A stretch of 63,539 bases of DNA, counting the filler, from Octopus bimaculoides (lineage: Eukaryota): assembly GCF_001194135.2 (NCBI RefSeq). It is 6 parts of 6 records of this genome, joined end to end, with 100 filler letters (N's around TTAATTAATTAA, not from the genome) between each part and the next. Parts side by side here need not be neighbours in the genome. Positions count along the whole stretch, not along the records: positions 1 to 7,601 come from NC_068985.1; positions 7,702 to 15,232 come from NC_068995.1; 4 more parts are not named here. One strand, 5' to 3'. Shown here piece after piece: positions 1-13,223 of this stretch. A model generated the notes under the pieces. It was given only the letters and a program-made list of their open reading frames with translations, was not told the origin of the DNA and ran no database searches. The position numbers and the translations under genes are program-made. Position 1 is the stretch's first letter. Every line of letters starts with the position of its first letter.

Positions 1-170
1 AGTCCCTCTGCGTGATATCTTGGGCAAGTTAAGAAGTTAAGAAGCCTGGCGTATACGTTTTTGTGTGTACGTGTGCGTCTTGTTTTTGTCTGTGTATGTC
101 TCGCCTGCCACTACTTGACAACTAGAGTTGGTATGCTTACGTCCCCAAAAATTAATGGTTCGGCAAAAGA
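1..170 (+). mobile_element. Degenerate partial copy of tRNA-derived SINE family B
   Basis: agtccc..tgcgtg..cttgggcaag and cttgacaac..ttacgtcccc..ggttcggcaaaaga match the fuller copies at 37531 and 48492. Confidence 0.7.
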
Positions 171-879
171 TACATATATATATATATATATATATCTTTC
201 TAATATGTTGATCATTCAGCTACAACTACGTTTGTCAATCACACACTAGGTAATAGGAGTGACCCAATACAGTCTGCGACATCATATGGTAAATTCTTAA
301 AAGCTATCATGCTATATACCAACAGAGTGAAGAAATGCTAGCCTTGTACAGAAATATATAACTTGTTGCTGTTAGAAAACTCTACCTAGTATTTAAACAT
401 TTAAATTCCTACAGTGTAATAAGAATTTGCCCAGTATATGGAAAATATTGTCGAAACTAGTCAGGTCCGTAGCAGAATGAACAGTCATGACCCTTATAAC
501 TCCACAGACTCTCACGCTCCTCAGATCTTAACAGATTTATTCTATACTTACAATCAGATTTACACAGTTTATATACATAAATCTTAGTCAATTTTTGACT
601 TTATGTATATTGACTAACAGTACTATCATAATACACAATCACAAATATTGCTTATATCAATTACTTAAACTTGCAACTTGATATGTATACAGGAGATCTA
701 AGTGACAAAACACGAGAAACACATAAATTTTTGAGAATATCATTGGTAATCACAAGAGACAACTGTAGTGGATGCATTCTGATGAATGAACGTTTGTATT
801 TGATCTCCTTCAAACCCCCAGCTACGTGCGTACATAAAACCTATGTAACACCCTATATTTCTAAAGTTATGTGCAATAA

Positions 880-984
880 TATATTTAACACTGCCACCAT
901 TAAATTATCTTTAACTGATTCATCTTCGACCAGTCTTTGTGTACTTATGTATGTGTACATTGTGTACATACTAAAGTACGTGTG

Positions 985-1021
<37 letters not shown>

Positions 1022-1284
1022 AAGAAAGAAAGAAAGAAAGAGAAAGTATGTGTGAGTGTGTATGTATTTGTGTATGCATGTATATATGTGTATGCATATG
1101 CATGCACATATATACATACATAAATACGCACGCACACTCTCTTTCTCTCTCTCACTCATACATACATATATATATATTATATGTACTTGATATGTACACA
1201 ATGTACAGACATATATAAATATACAGAGACTGGTTGAAGATGAATCAGTTGGAGATAATTTAATGATTGTAGTGTTAGATATAT
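880..1284. repeat. Foldback (inverted repeat) with ~100-bp arms and a microsatellite core
   Basis: 880-979 (taacactgccaccattaaattatctttaactgattcatcttcgaccagtc...) is the reverse complement of 1183-1284. Confidence 0.85.
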
Positions 1285-4200
1285 GTGCAGAAAAAGAGAG
1301 ACCCAACGGTATACGTGTGTGTGTGTGAGTGTGTATGTGTATGTGTCTGTGTGCGTGTGCGTGTGTGCGTGCGTGCGTGTGCGCGTGTGTATCAGTGCGA
1401 GTGCGTATATGTGTAAGTATACACACGCTCATCCATATATATACACATGCAATACTTACAAGGAAAAAAATCCTAATTTGATAAAAGTATTCATACTGCC
1501 AATTTCACTTATATTGTTTATATTGAATTGCAACTTATATGGTATATTTCACTTACAGCCTTACCATTTAGTACAATTCATTTTCTCTACATGCGTAACT
1601 GAATAATTTTATCTGTTTCATTCTAAACACTTTTATCTCTCAGTTTTTTTTTTTGTTTTGCTTTGTTTTTCTTTTCTTTTCTTTGTAGGTTTACAATATT
1701 TCTTTTCTGCCAGTAATCTCTATGCCTTCTTAAGTCTGGATTTATTTGGAAATCTTTTATCGCGATTCAAAATTTAATTACAGTTGCTAATCTTATATAA
1801 AACTAAATTCTTTATCATAAATAGCATTTAATTTTAAAGAAATTTACTTCAGCATTTCGATGACTGTTAATTGAAGTATGGAATATTTGATAAAAATAAA
1901 ATAAGTCGCATTTAGAACGAAATACATGAAGGAAAGCCTTTATTGAATATTTCGTCTTCTATATGAGCTTGTCTAAGAACATTATTAGATATTAAGACTT
2001 AGGAAGCAATTGCAAATTATTTAGCATACCTATATGTATGTAAGTAATATCATTTTACAATTTTCCACGATTATATAGCAAACATTTTCTGCGGAATCCT
2101 AGACATCAGTTAATGAATATAGAGGAAAAAAGTCATATTGAATTATCTACTTAATTTGTACAGTATTTCATTTAATATGTATTCTCATGTAATTTTTGTA
2201 AGTATTCTAGTATATATGAATGTATGTATCAAACTGGATCTAGACGAAATTAACTGCTTGCCTTTAATTGAAGTCGCGACCAGGCGAGGCACCAAATTTA
2301 AGGAATTTCTAAGTGCTTAAGAGTTAAGGCCCCAATGTCTATTTCGATTTGAATTGTATGAAAAATACAAAATTGGAATGAAATAGTCTTTTTTAAACCC
2401 ATGGTTTATGCACTATGTATAACTAAAATCTTACTGAATATAACATATTACATCTGTTTCCATACGTGTGTACGTGTAAAGGGGCACATATATTTTTATT
2501 ACGTTCTTCTCCGCCAGAACTTGAAAGGCATCTGTTACGAGACTTTGTCTCGAAGAAGATTACTTTCTATAGATTTTGTGTGTAAAAAGACATCGAACTG
2601 AATTCCAAGTGATATGAGAGGACTACGAGATATTGTGTTTTGACAGATTTTGCCGTATCAGTATCAGATATCACCCGCCTCCTTTGAGGTTAAGCCAGAA
2701 CTAGTGTTATTATATGCAGAAACAACAAACAATACATTTGCATATGCGTGCTGTGGCATACCAAGATGGGATTAATTTAGTATAATAAAACGACGCAGCG
2801 AGGATCAAAATAACGATGTGTACATTTATCTATGGTTTGCTTGTACACTAGAAAGGGACATAAATTTGAGGTATTGTTTGCTGTTTTCTACACAGGAATA
2901 GAAATGTCACCCTATTTGGAAATCGCCAAGTCAGTATCTTATACTGAGAAGGCAAAATCACGCCGAAACAGTGTGTCAGGCAGTACACGGAAGTCACCTG
3001 GTGCACGATTATATGAGTATTCATACACAAAATCTGTAGAGAGAAATTTTTCTTCGCGACAATTTCCTGCAGCGGATGCCTCTTCTATTCTAATGTACAA
3101 AATGTGTTAAAAATAAAAGCATAAACCTTTATGTATGCGCTTGTACAACATATATACACATTTATGTGTGTGTGTAAACGGTCCTATCTCACAGTTATGG
3201 TAGTGTTAAATTTTAAATAGTCTGCTTATAGTGTGTTCTAGCGTATCGACTGAGTCTAGCTTCGGATTGACAGAGCAATCTCATTAACGTTTACTGCAAT
3301 CTAATTATATCTTAATCATTATCGTTCGGAGTTTCTTCTTGCTTGTTTCTTACTTTATTTTGTTATAACTTTCTGCTTTTACTTCTAACTTGAAAGCCCA
3401 ACTCTTGATTATTTTACATTAAAATGCTTTGTCAAATATTTCCTCTTGTTTCCATTTTGTAGTGAAAGTGGCTTTACACCGCTATGCATCCTCTGTCTCT
3501 TCAAATTATTCAGTGAAGCATAGTGAAAATACTTAAAATAATTCTTCTACTCAATTGCTGAATACTTACTGTGATTTAAACTCCTGTAAACGATCTGCTT
3601 TGAGATAGTCATATCGTATATGATTGAAAAATTCATCCCATATGATTTGGACGTTTAAGGTGAAACAACGTCATTTTAGTAACCCGTCTTGTCATTTAAT
3701 TTTCGTAATACTTTTAATACAAGTTCAATTCGTAACGAAATATGTCACAACCGACACCCTGTTTGGTAGAACAAATTCAAGCCCTTCTCTGCTTGAAAAA
3801 CTTCGCACTGTTTCTGGAAAATTAACCGTTGGCGAATTTTGTAACGAAAAACCAGACGTGCAAAAATCTCCTACTTCAGAAAACTGCGTACGAGCTTTCT
3901 TAAGGGACAATGCCACCCTGAGACTTTAAGAAAAGTCTTAAAGTGTGCATTATGTATTCTTTCAGAACTAAATTGTACTGATTTTTTTTTTTTTTTTTGC
4001 AGAAATGATGACGGAAATTATTCACAAGTATTTAGCAAAAATAAATACGAAGTTTTTTTTTTCCCCACAAACATAACTATACAGATTTTTTGTGGTTAAT
4101 AATTCAGACAGATAAGAATCAGCAGTAGCTATTGAGTGTTTTAAAAAATCATTTTCAAAATAAACTGGGTTAATTTAATGCATGCGAAAAATTTAATTAT

Positions 4201-7200
4201 CAAAAATAATACATGAAACACACAAATATTGTTTCTTAATAGAAAAAAATCATCTCGAAAGCAATGTTTCCTCCGGAAAATATCATGTTCAAAATTAGCA
4301 TTATTATCAAAAATATTAAAGAAAATATTTTCTACCTCAGGCAAAAGTGCCGGAATTCATCGCTCACCTCATCATTTTTTGTTTGACAAAAACAATAAAA
4401 ACTAACATTACTGGACTTTTAAATATAAATTTATATCACACAAAAATATCTTATTGAGATGAATGTGCTTGTTTATTAATCAAATCATGTATTAATATTT
4501 GCTAATGTTAGTCTCAAGGCAATTTCAGTATTCGTAATACTGGGACGAATTTATTTGCTGAAAATGCTGGTTCGCATAAAGAGTTTGGGGAAGATGGTAG
4601 GAGGGTTTCAATCGCCAATTCGGATAACATTGGTAATTCAACAGCGAAGCTATACCAAAGTGCATTTCAGGTTTGTCAAGAAAATTGAAGTCCTGAGCTT
4701 TTAATGGCGGATGGTTTACACACTGTATTTCAACTGAGAACAGATTTAGGGTCCACTACAACCGGTGTTGCAAAATTCTAACAATGAAATATATCTGAAA
4801 AGTGTTCTCTTGATTCTGAATGATCAATAATTATTTACTTTATCAAATCGAAATTTAATGCATTTTCAAAAATATAATCATTTGTATATGAGATCACATA
4901 AAGTTCATTACTTAAATTTCCATCTCAGTTTTAGATGTTTAACTTTTTATGAATGCTTGAACTTCCAATTTAAGTAATAAAATAGTGATATCCTTTTCTT
5001 GTGGAAACATATTAAATTCATTAAGTCTTCCTAAACTACCTGACAAAAAGTAAAGATTGCCTAGCCAATCTTTTTGTTAATCAAATTTACCAAATATGAA
5101 TTTAAATTCAGAGGATTATCGTGACTAGATTTTTGATATTTTAAATTATATATTCAAACCTCGTTCATTTGAGTGCCATTGCACTTTGGTTTTTAGTAAA
5201 AGTTGGCTGAAATTGTTTTCCATTTTGTTTCAGAGATTTGCGATGTGGCATGTAATCAGCGCACGACGTTTTAAATTATCTTGTAACACAACATCTAGAT
5301 CTGCAGAAATTTTTTTAAGCATTATTGTCTCTTTGTGAGAAAATAATAGGTTTTTTGCTTAAATATTTTACTTTCGCGTTAAGTTGAATTTACCACCCTC
5401 ATCCTGTCATAACAGCTGAACTATCAGTTCATACGCCAGTTATTATGCTCAAGGCCTACTTTTCTGGAACATCGTTTACTTTTCGAAAATTATTTTCACT
5501 TGTAGTCCCTCCGGTAATGGTCGAGATAGTAGCAAGTTTTCGTAGAACAATACCTTTAGGTTCTTCCAAATTAGTCATCGTTAATTTCTCAAATAGACTA
5601 TTTACAGTATTACAGTTATATACTTGAGAGAAATGTAATATTTAATATTTACAGTATTATTTGACAAAATGACTTTCCTTAATCCATCTTCATATTTTGT
5701 ATGAATAATTTCTGTCATTTAAACCGTTACAATAACACAAGTTCATCACCAGTGATGTATAGTCTTTAGTTTCAAAAGTTGCCATTAAGTATTTGATTTT
5801 GCCTATAGTCTAAATATGATTCCTTAGAAATTGATTCTCTTTATTGAAACATTTCGATAATCTTTGAAAAAATTCTCTAAGGTTACTGTTTTAGAAGAAA
5901 CTACTTGCATAAAAATGTCTTTTTAAAATGTCGGTTTCAGGTCTGACGTTTCTAAACAATCGTCACAAAATAAGCAGAAGGTCATTTCTTGTTTATTTTT
6001 CCAATGTAGCAGTAAAATCTCATTGCAAATAGGATTAACTATATTAACTATTTTGGCGCGCAATTGTAAGGGTGGAGGTTAAGCTAGCTCTTTCGTAAAT
6101 ATTTTTATTGCTACGGTTAAATTTAAAGAAAAATATGTTCTAATTAGCTTGAATAAACAATAAGTTATGATTTAATACATCTTCCATGGATAAAAATCAT
6201 GTTTATAATCTTTTAGTTTCGTATTTAGCTAGCGTATAATGTTTAAGCATAAGTTTACCCACATCTATTGTAGGTAGAAGTCATACAACGTTTTCAATTC
6301 ATTTGAAGGACAAAAAATTCATTTAGAAGAATTTTATACGAGGTTTGATGCAAAATAAATTGAAATATTTTAATTTAATGCTAATGGGTTTCGGGAGTGG
6401 TTACTTATCAATTTCTGAATAACAGATTTAATTTAATTTCAATATCTTTTTTTATTTTCATCTTTCTCGCCCCAATCACAAAAAAAAATACAGTAACAAG
6501 TGTATAACGTTAATGAAACTTTCTATCTCATTTCACTAAATTTATATAGTAGGGCTTCACGCCAAGTTTCATAGTTCCTTTTTGTCTTCTGAGCGGCTTC
6601 ATGGGCTATAATAATCTCTAATTCCATCTACGGCGTGAAAACTTGAAATTAACTTCTGAATTAAAATAACATATCATCAAATCGATTAGTATGATGGTAA
6701 ACATTGTAGTAAAAAGAATGGTACATATACGTTTTCTGAAACAACTAGGAAAGAAGGAGTTGTTGTGACTGTTTCACTGCTACGTGGAATTGAGATTAAA
6801 ACACCTAACGTTGTGTCATTATTTTAATGACAGAATTTTTCGACACGGTCCATATGCAAGTTTTATTTGTGAAATTGATTTGAAATGTGCTATCACAAAG
6901 TTTTATCTTTTTGCCTGAAAAAGTGCAATACCAGTAAATAATGATTCTATATATTTTATCCATAGGAAATAAGGAATAATTGCCATATCTTATAGTACGG
7001 GACCCCAAGATATTTTACTGAATATTCACTCTGTCATTTTTTAGCGAGTTAAAATCAGTTACTCGCTTTGCCACACATAATATATATAATAGTTTTGATC
7101 ATCACTTGAAGTTAGAAGGAAATACTCCTAGTCTAGTTGTAAAGGATATAATAGTAAATTTAATCATAACACGAGTGGTATGGTTGAGTCAACAGACACA

Positions 7201-7500
7201 GTGACACCTTTAACTAACACAAAGATAAGTTAAATGTACATAATCATAACAGCTCTAATAAAATAAACAACCACCTGCAGGCTGGGTACCCGACGCATTA
7301 CACACACAACACAATACAAACACTAATATAACAAAAGACTGCACCAGACCCCATAAGAAAAGGAACTAACGCAATACAAAACCGGGAGGAATTTGCACTC
7401 CCTCAACAACAAAAAGAACACACAATGCTGCACACATCCCATCAACACGTAAGTGTATCAGATGATGCAGTAGAAATTTGTCTGAAACTACCAAATACTG

Positions 7501-7537
7501 AATAATAATAATAATAATAATAATAATGATAATAATG

Positions 7538-7601
<64 letters not shown>
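7501..7601. repeat. (AAT)n microsatellite ending at a gap
   Basis: Direct reading. Confidence 0.95.
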
Positions 7602-7701
7602 NNNNNNNNNNNNNNNNNNNNNNNNNNNNNNNNNNNNNNNNNNNNTTAATTAATTAANNNNNNNNNNNNNNNNNNNNNNNNNNNNNNNNNNNNNNNNNNN
7701 N
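7602..7701. other. Artificial scaffold-join spacer N44-TTAATTAATTAA-N44 (also 15233-15332, 30185-30284, 59273-59372, 61972-62071)
   Basis: Identical 100-nt pattern five times; the 12-mer gives stop codons in all six frames. Confidence 0.95.
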
Positions 7702-7948
7702 TACAGTATCGAAATGTGATTGTTTCAGTTAGTGGAATAGTTTCATTTTTAAAGTGAAAGTATTTGACATGAGTGTTTTTGTTTCACTTCTGACACGTAA
7801 TAGTGGAGGAAATATTATGTTGCCGTGTGCTCGAACTCTGCAAGAAGTTAAACATTTTTTTGACTAAAACACAACTGGAACCCTAAGTAAGGCATGTGTA
7901 AAATTTGAATGAAATTGGTTGCGTAGTTCTCGAGTTTTAGGGATTCAC

Positions 7949-7979
<31 letters not shown>

Positions 7980-8007
7980 CACATTCTCATTTTTATATAT
8001 ATAGATA
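7702..8007 (+). mobile_element. 3' part of a non-autonomous Helitron/Lep1-like element
   Basis: aaatttgaatgaaattggttgcgtagttctcgagtttt followed by (CAGA)n and a ttttatatatatagat end, the layout typical of Lep1/HINE-like elements. Confidence 0.5.
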
Positions 8008-8311
8008 TATACTGTCTGTTGCCTTTGTGATTGATTGTCAAGTCACACTCTTTTATAAAGATCTTCCCGCCAAAATATAACCTGAAGTGTTTTAGATAAT
8101 AATGATAATAATAATGCATTTGAAATTTATTTTCATGTTTGTAAAACACCAATACACTCCATGCTTACAAAGGTTATTTATAAAATGATGTTGCATTCAA
8201 AAAGCTATAATTTAGTATTAAAATTGACAGTTTTACTGTGTTCCAAATTTACTTTCTTGTCTGTAAAATACCAACATATTTAATGCTTACTAAATTTGTT
8301 AATAATAATAG

Positions 8312-8535
8312 TAATAATTCTTTCTTCTATAGGCACAAGGCCTGAAATGTTGGGGAAGGGGGCTAGTCAATTACACCTATCCCAGTGTTTAAGTGGTACT
8401 TATTTTATCCATCCTGAAAGGCTGAAAGGTAGAGTTGGCCTTGATAACATTTGAACACTCAGAACATAGAGTCAGAAGAAATGCTACTAAGCATTTTGTC
8501 TGGAGTAGTAATGATTCTGCTACATGATTGCCTTC
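8312..8535 (-). mobile_element. tRNA-derived SINE family A
   Basis: Reverse complement of the family A consensus (gcagaatc..ttagc..ttctgagttcaaa..ctttcatcc..gtacc..aggccttgtgcctatag-(ATT)n). Confidence 0.8.
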
Positions 8536-8554
8536 AATAATAATAACGAGTACC

Positions 8555-8830
8555 ATTACCATGTCCACTTCCCATGCTGGGTTGGGTTGAATGGGTTGTC
8601 ACAGGTCAAGTCATCTTCTGTTGATAGCTGCTGCCTTGGTATCCTGATGCACATATGTATCATTTCGTTTAATTTCTGTAGCTGGATGCCAATCATAATG
8701 TACTGGGTGTGTGGGCTATTTTTTTTGTACCAACACAAGAGAGGTTGAATAAAAGGATGTCAGAACCCAATGCATTGTCTGCTCGTTTGCCAACCACATT
8801 GCAGAGTGTAATGGGCACATTTTGTGGTGC
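8555..8830 (-). mobile_element. RTE-type LINE 3' UTR remnant
   Basis: atgtccacttcccatgctgggttggg matches the RTE tail seen intact at 15740-15790. Confidence 0.6.
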
Positions 8831-9424
8831 CAGCTCTAGAGATTGTTTCACTCACTTAGGCAGAAAATCAAACTGCATTTCATCAAGAATAACTCTATAT
8901 TTGATCAATCTGTGTTACAACTCTCTCCTGACCTTCAAAGGTTGGTCCAGCAATTTGATTTCTCTATAATGCCTTCTCTTTTGTACATCTACTTCGCCTT
9001 TGTAGCAGTTCGCAATGCTACTGCTACACCAGTCATTAAATATGACTTCTTCCTGTATTGACTATCAGATATGACTATCGCATGTCCTACATTGTCAGAT
9101 ATTTTGAGCATCTCTGACTATTCCTGATGGGCCAGCAGCTTTTTCTATCTTTGTGTCTCTATCAACCACACTAATGTCAACTTGAATTGCTGAAACATAG
9201 ACAAACCTCCAGTAAAAGAGATACAAGAAAATTACAAAGAGGTTAGTTGAGCAATAACAAAGAATGGTGACTGGGAAGAGTGGGGTTGGAGGTTGACTGA
9301 TGACTGGGAAAGATGGAAGAAAGAGTTGTACTTCTTGCTAGATGTCTATGGCCTTCCTTGATTATGGATTTTGATTGATTTTTGCACCAACACATCTTTT
9401 ACATGAAATCTGTTTTTCTTTCAG

Positions 9425-9530
9425 TATGAAGTCCAGGACAATATTGCACAAGGTATGTCCAAGCTTGGCCCAGCTATCACTCTAGATGCTATCGTACAAA
9501 CACTAGTATTTGGTGTGGGCACACTATCTG
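9425..9530 (+). CDS. HMGCR: HMG-CoA reductase internal exon (membrane domain; equivalent of human exon 6)
   Basis: ttttctttcag acceptor, G|gtaag donor, 106 bp, phase 0 to 1. Translates [36 protein letters not shown], gaplessly similar to human [36 protein letters not shown] (recalled). Confidence 0.95.
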
Positions 9531-10806
9531 GTAAGTTACGTTATTTGTGTAATAATAGCCCTTTTTCTGATTAACTGATGATTTCTGTTATTCAATTTAA
9601 GAATTAGATTTTGTTAACAGTTAAATATAAAATCAACAAAACTGAATTTAAAATGTTTCATATATTGATTTGCAGTTTCTCAAATCACATAACTATAACC
9701 CATCTTCTGTCTCAGATATTCTATGTAACTGTGTACCCCACTATCTCTCCCTCCCTCCCTATCTCCCCCCCTCTCTTTCCTCTGATGTACCTAACTCTCT
9801 TTCTTACTGTTTATATTGTGATTTGCACCCAAGACTACTTCATTAACTCTTTAAAATTCAGCTCTCTCTGTCAAATGTAATGCTTATTTATTCACATTGT
9901 TTTGAATTAATCATGCATTATCCTGTAGCCTTGAGATTTTGATGATGTAATTGTCTATTTTTGAAATGACGTTGTAGAGTGGGTGTTAGAGACTGGATCT
10001 GGCTGGTTTGAACATAAAACAGGTGGAATATTTAGTCCAGTTAAGGCTGGTTTTACTAGTAAAGGGTTAAACACTTTGCCAAAACTTTTTCCACAGAATT
10101 GTATTCTTTTAAAAATACCTTTGCTACTATCAATCTAATAATCTCAGAAAACAACATCTAACTGAATATCATATAGGTATCACCAGACTTGAGAAAAGAG
10201 CCTGCAGGATCTGTGGTCTTCATTTCCTGTCATAAAAAAAAAGTAACTGTTCCATATTTTAGAATCTTCACAGATTATCGTATTTCCCACTTTAACCCCC
10301 ACTACAAGTGCTTGAGATGTTATATATGCAATTTTTCCCTTTGTTCATTTCTTGAGAGAGTTTAACCTTGGAAACATAGTTGTTACACTTGACCACATGT
10401 ATGTTGTATCTTCTCCACAAGACACTTAGAATATGACAGTCACAATTGATTCCAGTTTTATCTTTACCTCATTTCATTCTCCAGCAGTTTAACTCTTGTT
10501 TATAAATTATTGATAGTTCCGGCCTTCTGTTTATGACACTATAGTGGTGTTGGGATTAATAATTTAGATAGAATTCAGTGGATATTAACTTTTGATACAT
10601 GAATGTTAAGATACTTACTAAACGGTGTTCTTTGTGAAAGCATGTCTGGGTTGACATGATTCAGTTGACTGAAGGAAATATAAATTTGCTTGGTAATAGG
10701 TAAGAGTTGGTGACAAATCTGTCTTAAAATCAAATTTTTGTACCTGACACTTGGTATCATATTTTTCTTTTATATTGACCTTTTATTTTGATAAATTTTA
10801 TTTCAG

Positions 10807-10913
10807 GCTGGAAACAATTAGAAACTATCAGCTACTTTGCTTGTCTTTCTGTATTAGCCAACTATTTAGCACTTATGACCTTCTATCCTGCTTGTTTGGC
10901 TTTAATGCTTGAG
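10807..10913 (+). CDS. HMGCR: HMGCR internal exon (sterol-sensing domain; human exon 7 equivalent)
   Basis: tttcag acceptor, GAG|gtaag donor, 107 bp, phase 1 to 0. Translates (G)WKQLETISYFACLSVLANYLALMTFYPACLALMLE vs human [36 protein letters not shown]. Confidence 0.96.
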
Positions 10914-11699
10914 GTAAGTTTTATAAGTGAGCTTTCTCAAGTAATGTATCTGTGAATTTAATGATTGTTGTACTTGTCCAAGTTGTATTGGTTTTCTGGA
11001 ATAATTTTGAGTATTTTATCAATGTGATGTATAATAAATGAAATGATTCCAACAGTAATTTGGAAGTTATATAAGCAATGCAAGTCAAATCAGTATATGT
11101 CTACTGATAGAAGATTTGATTAAGATATAAATCATTAATGTTAAAGTGATGCTCTTAAGAAAGGTATGAGCATCACATTTCACATTTCTCTTTCTCTTGA
11201 GATATAGGACCTTTGTACCTATTCAAAAATAAACCAGTTGGTGTTTCAGACTCAAAAGAAGACAAGCACAAACAACACAAGGGGTGTATAACAAAGATTC
11301 AAGTGTTATTGTATGGCCATAAAATCTCTCTAATAAAGGCAAATTTATGATTAATTGTCTGAAAGTGATATCATATATAGAGTAACTACTTTTGTTTGAT
11401 GTACTTATTGAAGAACAACTGCAAAAAATTTTTTGAATATATTGAAGATGAACAAGGAAAATTGTAAATTTAAGGAAAAAGTTGAATGAGAAAGTTTGAA
11501 AGTGAATGCTACTTAGGCCATCTTCAATTGTCAGAAATTACTCATTTTAAAAATATGATTTTAAATTATTCAAAATGGAATATCATTCATCAACTATTAA
11601 AAATTGATTTTTTATGTATTAAGTATGCAAGATTAGTGTTTTCCATTTTCTTAAATTTCATGTCTTGACTTTACATAATATCACTATTATGCATTAATT

Positions 11700-12365
11700 A
11701 CTGATAGAATCGTTAGCGTGTCAGACAAATGCTTAGTAACATTTCTTTCTGATTTATGTTCTGAGTTCAAATTCTACTCAGATCAACTTTGCCTTTCATC
11801 CTTTCAGGGACAAATGAAACAAGTACAAGTTGTGTAATAGGATCAATGTAATCACCTAACCCCTCCCCTCAAAAATTTCAGGCTTTTTACATATGATAGA
11901 AAGAATTATTATTATTAATAAGGTGGCAAGCTGGCAGAATCGTTAGCACGCTGGGAAAATTGCTTAGCAGCATTTAGTCCATCTTTATGTTCTGAGTTTA
12001 AATTCCACTGAGGTCGACTTCGCCTTTCATCATTTCGGGGTTGATAAAGTACCAGTGAAATACTGGGGTTGATGTAATTGACTAGTCCCTTCCCACCAAA
12101 TTTCAGGCCTTGTACCTTTAGTAGAAAGTATTATTACTATTATTATTAAGGCAATGAGCTGGTAGAATCATTAGCATACTGGGTGAAAAACTTAGTGGTA
12201 TTTCACCAGTCACTATGTTCTAAGTTCAAACTTCACTGAGGTTGACTTTGCCTTTCATCCTTTTGGGGTCGATAAAATAAGTACCAGTGGAACACTGGGG
12301 TTGATGTAATCAACTAGTCTCCTCCCAACAAATTTCAGGCTGTGTGCCTTTAGTAGAGAGGATTA
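11700..12365 (+). mobile_element. Three head-to-tail SINE family A copies (~11700-11905, 11920-12130, 12148-12362) in an HMGCR intron
   Basis: A-box-like TGGCAGAATCG and B-box-like GAGTTCAAATTC; copies separated by (ATT)n. Confidence 0.9.
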
Positions 12366-12656
12366 TCATCATCATCATCATGTGATGTTGTAGATTGAAG
12401 ATATTGTGTGTTTGTGTATGCTGGGGATATGTACTGTCTGTCAAATCATAACAAAGACCTCAGACAGTATTTTATGCAGTTCGAAGTAAAGCTGGTTTTT
12501 GCAATACACTAAGACTGTAGGGTATTCCTAAAGTGTCTGTATGTTTCTTCAGGTTGGATGGCATTGATCCTATTATTATTTTTATTTATTTATTTTTTAA
12601 ACAATTTAGTGTGGTAAATTATTTAGAAAAAAATTTTCCCTCTCTTCTGTATGTAG

Positions 12657-12773
12657 CTTTGTCATGGTGTAATCCACGAGCAGCCAGTGTCAAAACTTCA
12701 ATTTATAATGAACAAAGATGGGGATGAAGAACAAAAGTCAAATCCTGTTATACAAGTGGTCAAAATCATTATG
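12657..12773 (+). CDS. HMGCR: HMGCR internal exon (human exon 8 equivalent)
   Basis: ctgtatgtag acceptor, ATG|gtaag donor, 117 bp, phase 0 to 0. Translates LCHGVIHEQPVSKLQFIMNKDGDEEQKSNPVIQVVKIIM vs human ...EEEENKPNPVTQRVKMIM. Confidence 0.93.
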
Positions 12774-13089
12774 GTAAGATGTTTTTAGTTACTTTTATTT
12801 CCTGAGAGTGTTGAATCTATTCTTAGAATATAAAACTCATCTTAATGTTACCCATCTAATTTTTGTTGTTCAATCTCAGCTTAACCTTCATGCCAAAACA
12901 TTGCTTGTGTAATAAATATTGACAGCAGATAGAGGTATATGCATTAACAGTGTCTGCATGTAAATATTTGAATGTTCAGAAACATTCAGCCTATGCTGGT
13001 GAAGTAAATGTAAAATAAGAAACATTTTCAGGAACTAGCTTTGAAATTTTGTTTGTCATTTATTAATATTGACTGTAATGATGAGTAAA

Positions 13090-13127
13090 ATTTTATTATT
13101 ATTATTATTATTACTATTATTATTATT

Positions 13128-13173
<46 letters not shown>

Positions 13174-13223
13174 CCATCACCATCATCATCATCATCATCA
13201 TCATCATCATTATTATTATTATT
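13090..13223. repeat. Compound (ATT)n/(CAT)n microsatellite
   Basis: Direct reading. Confidence 0.95.

Noticed and set aside
1689-1740. Strong acceptor followed by FTIFS, as in HMGCR exon 4
   Set aside because: Wrong position and phase, early stop, and no further similarity.
7646-7657. TTAATTAATTAA palindrome recurring five times
   Set aside because: Always centred in N44..N44; an artificial six-frame-stop linker.
9341-9424. In-frame DVYGLP*LWILIDF.. upstream of the first HMGCR exon, resembling human exon 5 ALPFFLLLIDL
   Set aside because: Two in-frame stops, 2-codon offset and no donor; most likely chance in an intron.
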